A stretch of 63,020 bases of DNA, filler included, from Perkinsus chesapeaki ATCC PRA-425 (GCA_013115145.1; 8 parts of 8 records of this genome joined end to end with filler, not necessarily neighbours in it), one strand, 5' to 3'; shown: positions 46,401-57,879, counted from the whole stretch's first letter. A program made the numbers and translations. The notes: a model not told the origin generated them from the letters alone.

Positions 46401-46450
46401 CGGCAGCACGCAGTGAGATCGCTCGGGTGCCGTCCTTCAACAGTGTTAAT
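37440..46450 (+). CDS. Several intron-rich hypothetical genes, not resolved
   Basis: Numerous short exon-like ORFs flanked by GTAAG/GTGAG..YAG, mostly on the + strand. No recognisable domains. Confidence 0.25.
40052..40096 (+). other. 45-nt intron consisting of a tRNA-Ser-like 3' half
   Basis: GTAAGAA GCCCGC GCAAG TTCGAAT CCCAC AGATGTC A TTATT AG. Removal gives the open frame ...ADPAATNQ|SRVFGKWVVVKDDYC. Compare the real tRNA-Ser end GCCCGCGAGGGTTCGAATCCCTCAGGTGTCG. Confidence 0.7.
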
Positions 46451-46908
46451 TAAGGTTCATCCAAAGGATGACTTCGGCTGTGTAAATGAAATCTTGACGT
46501 TGTGACAAGCATGATATTGTTGTGAAAATGAAGTCTTCCGCGTGCAATTCGGTGTTGTTCTGTTCACAAAGTAAGGAGGAAACGGAAAAGTGAGCATACT
46601 GTAGAAAAAACAAGAAACATGAAAAGTACCAAAACCACAACACTTGCGATTGCGGGAGGCTGCCCGATAACAACCCTACTTGCATTGGAGCTTAAAAACC
46701 GCACTTGCGTAAGTTGGGTAACATACTTGATGAGGGGAATAAAAGGATTAATGTTGAGTGTAAAACCAGCTCGAATGCTCAACGCGTATTATGTCATTGA
46801 ATGAGACGGAAGCGTGATAATGGGTGACGTTAGTCAGATATGACACGTAGGCAACTGTGACCAGATTCGATTGTAGATAATCAGCCTATTCAGACTTGAT
46901 ACCATCTT

Positions 46909-46973
46909 GGTCGTTTAACTCAGCTGGATAGAACGGATCAGATAGTCGTAGATTCGAATCGTGCACCCGGTAT
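46909..46973 (+). pseudogene. Degenerate tRNA pseudogene (A-box and B-box kept, anticodon arm lost)
   Basis: GGTCGTT TAACTCAGCTGGATAGAACG ... GTAGA TTCGAAT CGTGC ACCCGGT A TT. Confidence 0.5.
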
Positions 46974-47110
46974 TCAAGGGGTAGTTAACGGTGATAAACC
47001 TCAAGCGGTACACCAAGAGTCGCATAATACTACACCAAAATCAGAGGTGTAGGGTGATGCCTCTTGACATCTGCACGCATCGTCCACCTCAATAAGGCGT
47101 CTAAAATGCA

Positions 47111-47192
47111 CGACACCTGAGGGATTCGAACCCTCGCGGGCAGAGCCCAACGGCTTAGCAGGCCGCCGCCTTAACCACTCGGCCAAAGTGTC
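47111..47192 (-). tRNA. trnS-GCT: tRNA-Ser(GCT)
   Basis: GACACTT TG GCCGAGTGGTTAAGGC G GCGGC CTGCTAA GCCGT TGGGCTCTGCCC GC GAGGG TTCGAAT CCCTC AGGTGTC G has a long variable arm and a downstream TTTT. Confidence 0.95.
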
Positions 47193-48338
47193 CTTGACGA
47201 TTAGAGCCCCACCTACCTTTCACGTACATGCTCTGTGCGAGAAATAACTTGCGCACCCGCTACGCTTTGTGCGTAACTTTTGACAGATCCCTCGATCAGG
47301 GTGCCATTCGCGAATGTGAAATATATAAGGGAAACCCCGAATGGTCAGCTATACCACCAGCTCTTCATTCACGCATATGCTGAGTATGATGGGATTTGAC
47401 ATAACATCATCGATGTTTTCGAGCTTTCACAAAATACCCAAAAGTTATCTGTATAGCACAAGAGATTGTGTGTAGCATAAAAATAGCGACTACACAGTGT
47501 AGTCTACACTTCGAGGAGTGCTACTGTGTTCTGGGCTAGGGCAGACTCACCGTCGAGTTGGGTGTATCTCGTTCGCCCCAGCGCGCTGCGAGATATCCAC
47601 CCGTTGTTCACGAATCGGGTGTTGCAAAGCTGAGTTGCAATGTCGTTGGCTTCAACTCCTGTGGCTGGCTCAAGAAATGGCATAGATCGTAAGCCATCAT
47701 TAGGCGCTATCCGTTCGATTTTTTGCTTCGGTTTCGGGGAGGTGTCAGTGTCGCCTGCCATGCCAAATTCACACCTGTATAGTCCTGTGACTATTGTGAT
47801 GTACACTGACAGCACACTGGCACATGATGAGCAAGCGGTGCGTCACCCGGTGACTTACACCACTTGTCTCATCTTCTCCCACACTCCTCGGAAAAGAAGG
47901 AGGCCTTTTATGACAATGACAGTCTCATAGCAAAATCTTGCTAATTTATTACACCAACACGCGGCGCCAGGTGATTCTCTTTCTTACTTGTCGAACGTGC
48001 AAGCGGAGTATGATTATAAGACACAACTAAGATTATAAGACCTTCAACGCAACTTGAGTTATCGACGAAAATGGTTATGCTGGAAATGATGTCTTAAGAG
48101 CTTTGTCACCTCTCTGACTCACATTTGAGCTAATAGGCTACGTCGGGGACGTTTAGATTTGTGACAGAAAGGATAATACTTATTGTATACAAAATATGCC
48201 AATATAAACATAGCAATGAATCATTGTTGGAGAGTGAAGCCCACAACCTCGTCAAATCAGCAGGGTGCTAATCCAGGACGACACCAGAATATATCGTAAT
48301 CTTCCCGAAATGACAGAGATGTAGGTAACAATGTTGGC

Positions 48339-49835
48339 CTAAACTGCTGGATGGTTGCTAAGAACACATCGAGGGCAATGTGTCCAATATACCAATGCAA
48401 CTGCGGTAATGGGTAGAATAACGAAGAACCACGGGTATGAGCTGTTCGTAAACAAAACCATTGCTGGTGGCCCGTAAAAGAAGAGAACGCCTTGCGTTGC
48501 AATCAACTGGGTAACACTGTAAAGGAGGGCAAATAAGACCACAACTGTGATATAGAAGCACTTGGCGAGAGTGCTCTTGTACTCAAGAACATTGCCCATA
48601 CGATACGATATCACAACGAATAGAGGCGTGCGGCACGCAAGCAACACATGCAACAATAATGTACTCCGAATAATAACACTCCAAGAGTACTCCCTAAACT
48701 CGTTATTCCAAGCAATAGCACATGCCAAACGAGGGCACAGGGCCATCACATATGGAAACATGACAAAGGCCACTATCTCAATCGGTAAAGCCGAATCAGA
48801 AGTCTTCATTGCAGTGCTTATTCGTGGCCAGCTATCCCGTATACAATTATCAAAGTTTTCCTGCGAGCCATACCACTCGGATATTCGACAAGTCAGCAAT
48901 GCAGTATCTTCCGTGAACGTACATTGCGCTGACGTCATTGAGAAGTGTTGAATTTGCTTATTCAACTCCATCTTCGCAGGGACACAGTAGAAAAGTACGA
49001 TTAGACCTACTCCAACCGATAACGCGGCCTCGGTTACGGACCAGCAAGCATAAGGGACCCACCGTTGTATCTGTGTATTGCTTGGAATCGCGGCGTTCAC
49101 GCTCTCAGCTATAATAATAAACGCGATCTCAAACCAGACGACCACGTGGTAAAAGCGCCCAAACCGAGCCGACAAGCAAGCAATTGAGTTTGGTCCATGA
49201 CTACGGAGGTAGCTAGCCAACTCGAACACGCACCAAAGCCTCGAGAAGTACTCCGGGGTCCAAAGGATAAGGAGTTTATCAGACCGATTGAGATATGCCT
49301 CCATATTCGTGAGCCCTTCCTTCATTGCAGCCAAATCAACTTGAGGGATGCAACATTTATCGAGAAACACCATTCTCTTGTTGGTTCTATTCGGTACTAA
49401 ATAACCGAACCACATACCGAAGAACATGGCAAAGCCACCGAGGACTTGAGTAGCAGCAACTGCCTCTCTCTTACCAGCAGGTAGAAAGTACGTGGCAACA
49501 GATAATGGAATAACAGTGACAAGCATTGCAATGTAACCAAACTTGACATAGAGATTGGTAACAAGTGTCATATGCTTCCAGAAAGGGCTACCTGACCATG
49601 AGTGGCTCAGAAATATATCTAACTTCTCGACTGGTCTGGACAGGCTGTAAGATTCCTCGGATGCCTCAGAGTTGAGGAATAAATGGCGCCTCCCGGTGAT
49701 GTCATGTAAACTAATGCCTCGAATATGGGGCTCGAGCATTGGTACTTCCGTAGGCATAATGAAGTCGATGAGAAGAACTGTCAAACTAAACATGACGGAC
49801 GGAATGCGGCTTATAGTAAAGTGAGGGGATCTCAT
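48339..49835 (-). CDS. Intronless TIR-like-domain multi-pass membrane protein
   Basis: The TIR-like motifs LDIFLSHSW, VFLDKCCIPQ and SDKLLILWTPEYFSRLWCVFELASY are interleaved with several hydrophobic helices. Confidence 0.75.
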   Translation of the reverse strand: MRSPHFTISRIPSVMFSLTVLLIDFIMPTEVPMLEPHIRGISLHDITGRRHLFLNSEASEESYSLSRPVEKLDIFLSHSWSGSPFWKHMTLVTNLYVKFGYIAMLVTVIPLSVATYFLPAGKREAVAATQVLGGFAMFFGMWFGYLVPNRTNKRMVFLDKCCIPQVDLAAMKEGLTNMEAYLNRSDKLLILWTPEYFSRLWCVFELASYLRSHGPNSIACLSARFGRFYHVVVWFEIAFIIIAESVNAAIPSNTQIQRWVPYACWSVTEAALSVGVGLIVLFYCVPAKMELNKQIQHFSMTSAQCTFTEDTALLTCRISEWYGSQENFDNCIRDSWPRISTAMKTSDSALPIEIVAFVMFPYVMALCPRLACAIAWNNEFREYSWSVIIRSTLLLHVLLACRTPLFVVISYRMGNVLEYKSTLAKCFYITVVVLFALLYSVTQLIATQGVLFFYGPPAMVLFTNSSYPWFFVILPITAVALVYWTHCPRCVLSNHPAV

Positions 49836-51509
49836 GCTTCAGAACGTCACCAGCTGAGGCTCCGCGAGAGGTATCCCGGCTAGAAAAGCACACAACCCGA
49901 CAACGGTGTTCACTCAGCTATTGCCTGTACCGCTCGGAAGCTACCAGAAGAAAGAGCCGATGAGACCGCCGGAACAGCCGGACAGTCCTTTATCGAAGTT
50001 CCGTAACATAAACAAAGATAACAATGCTGATCATTACGGGACAAGCTATTGAGAAGGCGCCCCCTCGAGCCACCTGGCTAACACCCAGTTTAACTTCCGG
50101 TGCAACCTGCATTGATGGTTAGGGAATCCGTGAGGTACTGGGCCATGTTACCCCTAACTCTTTCACCCTCACTGGAAAATGAGATTGACAGCACAAATCC
50201 TACGCAACCAACAGGCTCTTTAACATCAGTCGTCCGATGAACCTCCAGCATGGAGTAGGAATTTCTTATTTTGTGACCAATCGGTTAAGAAGTATCATGC
50301 TCAATCGCTTAGCTTAAACATAAATAATGACTGATCACTTTTGAAATGCGGAGACCTTGCAGCACGGGACCTGCTCATTAACCAGCATGAATCTCAAACC
50401 GGATATGGTGCCACTTGTCGCCAAAAAGTTGTGCTGGACGGCTCCACCGGCTCCAAAATCATCACTCTAAGATTTGAAGTATTACGGTTGGTGCGAGCAT
50501 CGACCCCACAAGCTTGGATCAGTCACGGTGTGCTGTAGCTACTCACCTAATAAGCTTTCTGGTCAATAAGCTTTTTGCCAAGCAGCTCGAAACTAGCCCT
50601 TACCGTTAGGGCCTAACATGGGGCTCTCATTTTGCTACCGGAAGTGCCGGGCCGGTACAGCGAACATGGTTCGACGTGAATCAGATTTCGCTTGCCTTCG
50701 GCCTCGAACAGTAGGTGATTCAGGCATGCGAAGGTAACGCAGCGCAGGCTGGTTTCCCGATCATTTCTTGTATCATTACCCGCAGCTCACCCTCGTACAG
50801 TTGAGTTGAATACCGTGGTCGATTTTCCTTTATCTTGCTGCTAAGCGCGGCATGGATTTATATTTTTCAAAGTATGACGCATTATAGATAACACACATAA
50901 CAAAGTTCGTGTACTGTAGGTACAGGGAAGACCCGGTGAGGAAGGTCTTGGTGGTGAAGTCCGACTGTACCAGTAGTCTGAGGCAGCGATCTATTAAGTT
51001 TTCGCACTTCTGAGCAGCACTTTTCAGTGCTTTGGTGAATGCTGTAAACGAGTTATCTTGCCGCGTTTTCCGATGTAGTAGGTTTTCGTGATCCCTGGCA
51101 TCTCTCCACTGCACGCGACGATGGCTTAAATCCTGCGTGCATAGAATCTCGTTGTACCCCTTTCAGTAGCAAATGTGGTATAACTATAACTGATAACTCG
51201 AGACAGGAGTCAATTGAATTGAAAACTGTGAAACATAGTGCGACTAACATTAACATCGACTACCACGACTAACTATTGACATCGATCTTCCCTCCTACAA
51301 GAAGTCGACGCGAGAGACTGTCTAAGACAGTCGAATGAGGTTTGCGATCAAGAAGGGATATGTTACAACTTACGCGCTACAAGACTAGTAACGGTTACAT
51401 TTGAGTGCCACAAAAGCAATAATTACACTACAGGTTAGATAACCACCCGCTAATCTAGAGCAAGAGTCGTTGGAAAGAGCAAAAACACAATGACAAGCTG
51501 GATTCATCG

Positions 51510-53177
51510 CTATTTGGCAAGCGCGAAGGAATCCAAGATCTTCATCTCATCGCTAGAACTGTCGTATGCCCAAAAGGTCGCATTTAACTCTCTACGGCTG
51601 ATTATGTCCAGTTCAACATAACCAACATTTAGAAGGGATTTCTCCATCGGATGTGGCAAATCGTTCTGGCAAGTATACGCCGTGAAACGACCGGATCCGG
51701 CTAATACGTGGACAATGCCGTTCACAGGACTCGACCTAGCGTAACGATGAAGGTGACCAGTAAAATAAAGATCGACATTATTCTTCTCAAGCAAGGAGAA
51801 AACATCAGACCGAAGCATTTCTCCAATATCACCGGCGACTCCGTTCGATGAACAAGGATCGTAGACTGGACGATGACCAGTAGCAACAATCCAAGGAGTT
51901 TTGTTTCGATCTACCCTTGAGAGATCATTTTCCAGCCATTGATGCTGAGAACTACCATTCAAATAGTCGTGCTCAGTTGACAACATAATATAGTGTACAA
52001 GACCAAAATCAAATGAAAACCAATAATTATGAGCAGATTCGTCACCGTCTCTAGGGTAACGGTGTGAGAAGGGTATACCGCATTCGCCGCCTGAGTCTGG
52101 GCGACGATAGTCACCGAAATCTGGATACCACCCAGTAGGATTATTCAAGCTTATATATTCATGATTGCCTACACTGGTTACTGTAGGGTGCAGCATTCCA
52201 CCGTTGTTTGCAAGCTCATCGCCGTACTGGTCCCATACGGTAGAGAATCCATTGGCGTAGGATATGTCACCATATATGACACCCAATGCGAATTCTGACT
52301 CATTATACCGAGTCATGACATATCCAGGCGATTCCGGTGGGAACTCAAGGACGCCAAATCCCCTAGCCCCACCAAGCTGACCGGCTCCTGACGTTCCCAA
52401 GTCACCCACCATGAGCACTTTGTGCCTTTTGGCGTCGCCTGCCAAGATCCTGGGTGCACTGGTGAAGGTTTTCGATGTAGCATTGCCGGTTCGGATTCTT
52501 ATGGCAGATTCCTGGTCGAGGTTGGGAATGCTGACAGAGTGAAAGTATCCAGGATTTCGGAAACCGGTGCCCGTAGCGGGAACCCCACACATATCAGTTG
52601 CCTTATACGTCCTAGGGGTACGGGACTCTTTATGGGTCACCCACGCATCTGTGCCACCAACTTGGTAGATAACCTCACCGGGCTCACTCGAGGCACTGAC
52701 CCAGTTGACTTGGAGCTCATCGTTGCCAACTACTGTCAAGTGAGGCTGAGTTGGTTCATTATCGCCTTGGGCGAAGGTCAGTGTAGTTGAGCACATCTCG
52801 GTACGATTAGAATTCACATATTTCACAATATAACCACCACCTCGAGGATTCACAGGATTGAATTCATATTCCTTGGCACCATTCAGGTCATCCAAGAGAA
52901 CACGGAACATGACACGTGAAGGAGTATCTTTCGGATACAGTTCTACAGTGTCGCCTGAGCTAGCGTTGAGATCCCAAGTAAGCCGTACAGTATCATAGCT
53001 ATACTGTAGAACACTAGGGGACACATGGACACAACTTGAAGGACTTGTAGTAGTAGAGGGGGCACTTGGAGGCGATGAAGTGGTTTGGGAGGACTCTGTT
53101 GATGAGCACCCAGAAAGACAAAAAATGCAGAGACAAAAAGCAACCACCAACGCGGCTGCTTGGGTGTAGAGCGACAT
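51510..53177 (-). CDS. Purple acid phosphatase (calcineurin-like metallophosphoesterase), secreted or anchored, intronless
   Basis: Metal-binding motifs GDLG, GDISY, GNHE, GHRP and GHLH, plus DSGGECGIP typical of plant-type PAPs. N-terminal signal peptide and S/T-rich linker. Confidence 0.93.
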   Translation of the reverse strand: MSLYTQAAALVVAFCLCIFCLSGCSSTESSQTTSSPPSAPSTTTSPSSCVHVSPSVLQYSYDTVRLTWDLNASSGDTVELYPKDTPSRVMFRVLLDDLNGAKEYEFNPVNPRGGGYIVKYVNSNRTEMCSTTLTFAQGDNEPTQPHLTVVGNDELQVNWVSASSEPGEVIYQVGGTDAWVTHKESRTPRTYKATDMCGVPATGTGFRNPGYFHSVSIPNLDQESAIRIRTGNATSKTFTSAPRILAGDAKRHKVLMVGDLGTSGAGQLGGARGFGVLEFPPESPGYVMTRYNESEFALGVIYGDISYANGFSTVWDQYGDELANNGGMLHPTVTSVGNHEYISLNNPTGWYPDFGDYRRPDSGGECGIPFSHRYPRDGDESAHNYWFSFDFGLVHYIMLSTEHDYLNGSSQHQWLENDLSRVDRNKTPWIVATGHRPVYDPCSSNGVAGDIGEMLRSDVFSLLEKNNVDLYFTGHLHRYARSSPVNGIVHVLAGSGRFTAYTCQNDLPHPMEKSLLNVGYVELDIISRRELNATFWAYDSSSDEMKILDSFALAK

Positions 53178-53529
53178 TGCTGAAGCAAAGCCGGGCTGGC
53201 GAGTCCTTACTAAAACAGAAAGTAATTTTAATTTACCGTTTCACCGATCGTATCAGTCTGAATAATAAAAATGCCATTCAAGAAGAATCAGCCTTCTTTA
53301 TAAGGTACGTAAACTGCACGCGCGTATCGCCCCTGGGCGAGCGCCAAAATTCTAGCTGTTGTACTAGCAAGTGCCGTGACACAAAAGTTGTCCCCCTGTC
53401 CCGATTTTCGGTTCTAACACAACTCTGTCNNNNNNNNNNNNNNNNNNNNNNNNNNNNNNNNNNNNNNNNNNNNTTAATTAATTAANNNNNNNNNNNNNNN
53501 NNNNNNNNNNNNNNNNNNNNNNNNNNNNN

Positions 53530-56500
53530 GACCTTGTCCACCATCCAGCGATTGGGATTCGGTCGCTCCGACTTTACGTCCAAGTCCGAGCCACCCTTCA
53601 AGAACAGACCGACGTCGCCGGGATTGAGCTGCCCGGCCACGACCATGATCTTAATGGTCACCATCAATTTGAACATCATCTTGTCCCTCTCGAACAAGCC
53701 ACGGTTCATGTATCGGTATATCTGGTAGGTGAGGAAGTCTATAATCTTATCAACGCGCTTGCTCGTCGGTTGACACTTCTCCGAGTTCTTCACTGATATA
53801 TCGAACTGCTCCAGGAACTGGATCAAGGAGCAGTTGTACATCCAGCCGGTGGGCTGCAGTGTGATCGGATTGGACACCAGCGTCATGTCGGTCATACAGA
53901 AGTACATAACCGAGCCACGGGTCGCCACAGGACGGTATTGCTCTCGTTTCTGGTTAATTTCCACCTGCAACAGGGGCTAGGGAATGCACCGAACCCTCAA
54001 TGGACGCACCTTCTTTTCCTCGGCGTCAAGCAACTTCTGCTCGACCTCCTTCGCCTTCGCCTTGGTGTTCGCGAGCACCTCAATCAGCTCGATGTCGTCC
54101 AGAAGGTTTCCGCTAGAGTTCGAGAGCCTCTCGAGCAGCTGCTTGTCCAGAAGCTGCAGCGACTTGGTGTTGTTAGTAACCTAATAAACCAAATAAGCCG
54201 CCTCTCGCTGTCGCTGGTCTTTTGCCTACCTCCTCCATAAGGGCCGCCAAGCTGTCCTCGAGGCTCTTCTGTTCCATGCCCAGCACTCGACCTAGGAGCT
54301 GCTGCTCCAGACCCTTCAGTGTGACCGTGAAGTCGATCACTGTGCACTTGGCCGATAGCTCTGGAGAGAAGTGGGGGTTGGGGAGACGTGACGTCATATA
54401 GAGCACGAAGGCCGGGTTGTAGTCCATGTTCTGGTCAGACACATTGATGTACCTGAGATGCCGATGCCGGACAAGCGAGATTCGCGTTATCGCTACAGGT
54501 TCTTTCCCTTCTTTACGATCGCCTTCTCCAGGACGGGATCCAATATAGGATCAATCTCCTCTTCGACATTCTCGAGGATCAAACACAGTCCTTCACCCAT
54601 GGTGAACTCGAGTTGGTCCTTCAACCTTGGATTCGTCAAAGTCGACACGCACTGTCCTGGCGCCTTGGCGATACGCTCCTTCTCCTTGTTCTTGATCCAC
54701 CTACATTAGCGAGCACATCTTAGCGCCACCGGAATGCCAAAGAGGCCCTACCTGAGGGCCTGACCCTGGGGATCAACCATGAGGGGATAGCGGCTCGACC
54801 GTGTAACCATGATACCGTTCTGTACGGAGAGGTCATCGCTTGGAAGGCCCTCAAGAGCCCATTCGCCGACCGTTCCCTGGTCGACTAGGAACCCGACGAG
54901 GTCCACTTTATCTGACGCTGGTACCTAACGGCCATACTTCAGGAAAGTAGAACCTCTCATACAGTATCAACTCTCCCATATGTACACATAACTTTAGAAA
55001 TTGTGATCGGCAGAAGTAGAGCGATTGCCTTCGAGGTTTGGATGCATGTTACTCACATTGCGCTTGTGGGTATCGGCCAGGAAGTAGTCCTTATTGAGCT
55101 TATCTCGATACTCCGAATTAAAGGGCCCACAGAAGGTAACGAATGCGCAGGCCAAGGCGACGTCGCCAACCAGACGTTTCCGACGATCGGCGAAGTTGTT
55201 GGCATCCTCCGTCCAACGCTTCTTCTCCCCAGCGAGACCATTGATGAGCTTGTTGGCCTGAGACGGGTAACCTCCTAAACGCCTGGAAAACGTCAACCTC
55301 AACCCACCTGGTCCATCTTTTTCTTTGTGGCGTTAGCCTTCTGCTCGAGAGCGTTCTTGCCGTCCATAGCGTCCTGGAACTGCTTATTAAGACCGTCAAG
55401 GACAGCCTGGGCAGCGGCAAGTTCGGCCTCGGCAGCTCCAAGCTCTCTCATAGCAGCTTCTAGCTTAGCTGTTTGAACCTGGGAGACAAGCCGTTCTTAC
55501 ACAAGTCCTTACACCACAGCTTAACGCACTGCATGCAACGACACGTAAGAGGAAAACAACGGTATAGGAAAACTGACCTTCAGATAATCCATCTTTGGCT
55601 TGACAATCTTAGCTGCCTCGTGATACATAACCATAGCGCCGACCCACTTACACAGACCTTCTGCCGCGCCTGAGAATAGTCAGTAAGAGAGAGCCAGCCC
55701 GGACAGCGGTCTGACCTGAAGCCTTCTTGGCCACGGCGGGATTGAAGTTCTCTAGTTCCAAATAGGGCTGCAAGAGCTCGCAGGTCTCATCGTTGATGTT
55801 ATCCTTCTCGTTGGCGGAGAAGTCGAGGAGATCAGGAAGGAAGCGGATGTCCGACAGGACCGACTTCGCAATTTCGTCGTACGAGTCGTGAATGAAATCT
55901 ATCTTCACCTTATTGAGTACCTGTGCGGGTGCCATGGCACAGGTTCGATCCCCGGCGCAGGAAGCTCACCTTTTCCTCTTGCTTAATGTCCACGACGCGC
56001 TTCTGCTGCAGAATGAGCAAACCATCGAACACCAAACGAATGATATCGCTCGGCGTTTTCAGTGTCTTCAGCTCCGTGATATCCTTAGATGTAATCGATC
56101 GGGCTGCAGCCTCAGCCTCGTGCAGGAAAGGCAGCGCCGCCTGGAGATCCTTGTTGGCTGCTTCCTGCTCACCTGAACAAGGAGAGAATACAGCAGCGCG
56201 CTCCTCGGACAGTACTCCAGCCAGACAAACAATCGAGGATGTGCTTGGCGGCCGAGAATTATAATTTATCGATTAACGAATGAAGCTCACTTTCGATGAT
56301 AGCCTTGGATTGCAGACAGTCGTCCTTCTTGGCCCCGACTTCAGCCGCCTTCGCCTCGGCCTTCACAGTCTCACTCTGCACCTTCACCAGCAGCTTGTTA
56401 GTCTCCTCTTCAGCGACCTACAATGACACATTCGAGAACGCTGAAATGCTTTCCTGTCGGAAAATGTATCAACACCAACGTAGACTCATCAAGTATTTCA

Positions 56501-57070
56501 AAGAGTCGTTCAGCCCACCTTAAGATTCTTTTCCTCTTCTCGCAGAGCCACCTTCATGGTCTCGACATCCTCGGCCGCCTCGTTCAGTTTCTTAAGCCCT
56601 GACACTCACCATTTGAGTCCGCAACTAGCCAGCAAGGTCTACCAGTATTGACGCTCTTTTCCAGAACATTGACTTCGTCGTATTTAACTTTGTAAAGCTG
56701 CTTATAGAAATCGATGAGGCAAAGGTAGCTCTTGGGCGTGACGTAGACATGTCGCCTCATGCTCTGGAAGTACAGGTCGCAAACTTGTCCAACAAGATTC
56801 TGAAAGAACGAAGGATTCTCTCAGACCCTCGAATGACGACCGCACCTGGTAGCTGCCAAGAAGCTGGTACAGCGCCTGTTTCCTGTCAGGTGGAGTGTCG
56901 ACATCGTAGCTGCGCAGGAAGGTCGAGCTGACGGCCACCAAGGCCTCTTCCGGCCACGGCAAGAACCAGTTGATGTTCACCGCTGAAAACACCGCTGGGA
57001 ACTTCTGCGCCCGAATAGGGAACTTCGCGTTGACAGGCGAGAAGCAGAGAACAACGTGAAGATTATCTCT
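53530..57070 (-). CDS. Axonemal dynein heavy chain (outer-arm gamma / DNAH5-8-like), internal fragment, multi-exon
   Basis: AAA4 end ([25 protein letters not shown]), VYVTPKSYL, stalk coiled coil and [15 protein letters not shown]5 region ([31 protein letters not shown]), and [16 protein letters not shown]. Confidence 0.93.
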
Positions 57071-57170
57071 NNNNNNNNNNNNNNNNNNNNNNNNNNNNNN
57101 NNNNNNNNNNNNNNTTAATTAATTAANNNNNNNNNNNNNNNNNNNNNNNNNNNNNNNNNNNNNNNNNNNN

Positions 57171-57879
57171 ACTCCACTGCATCATTTGAAGTCATGTTTT
57201 CCTGGAGTTTCTCCCAATAAGTGACAATGACTTCCTCGTAAACTGTGTTATTTTGGAAGGTATTCGCTGACAGCAATTTGACCATTTTCTCGTCGGCCTC
57301 ATCAGTGTATAGGAACCAAATATTCGGAATGAGTCCCGTCATCGCGAGGGCCGTAAAGTTCATTTCTGTTTTGGGGTCGGTGCCGTTGACACCATATATG
57401 ACCCGCTTATGGAGCTTCTCGCCATCAACATCAACAATTCCGTGGTCAAGCCAGCCAAGATCCTCCAGAGAAAGCTCGTCACTGAGGTCATGAAGGAATT
57501 CCTGTGCCGTGGGGGCATTGTTGACTACAGGGTAGGAAGTCTGGTTGTAGAGCTGTAACATAGAACTTCCATTGGCTGAGTCGGTATGTAGAAAGTACTC
57601 ATATGGGCGATCAGGGGAAGCTCCAACTGTTACTTGGCCATCTTTAGTAATGAAAATATCGTGGCGGGTAGCATAGGACTTGCCGTCATCCATACCGGGA
57701 TAAACAAGGCCTGCGGTTTCCACAGACTTGGATATATAGCACTTAACCGGCTTCCCATCAGGGCCGAGCATATTAGGGTTGCAGTAGCGGATATCGCGAG
57801 TCTGCATGCGGACGTTGGCAACCTTGAAAGCAGCTACTTGAAGGATAAGAAGAAATATGGTGGCGATGGTCGACAGCAT
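57171..57879 (-). CDS. Hypothetical secreted protein (3'-truncated by the gap)
   Basis: ATG at 57879, signal-peptide-like MLSTIATIFLLILQVAA, and an open frame to the spacer. Confidence 0.65.
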
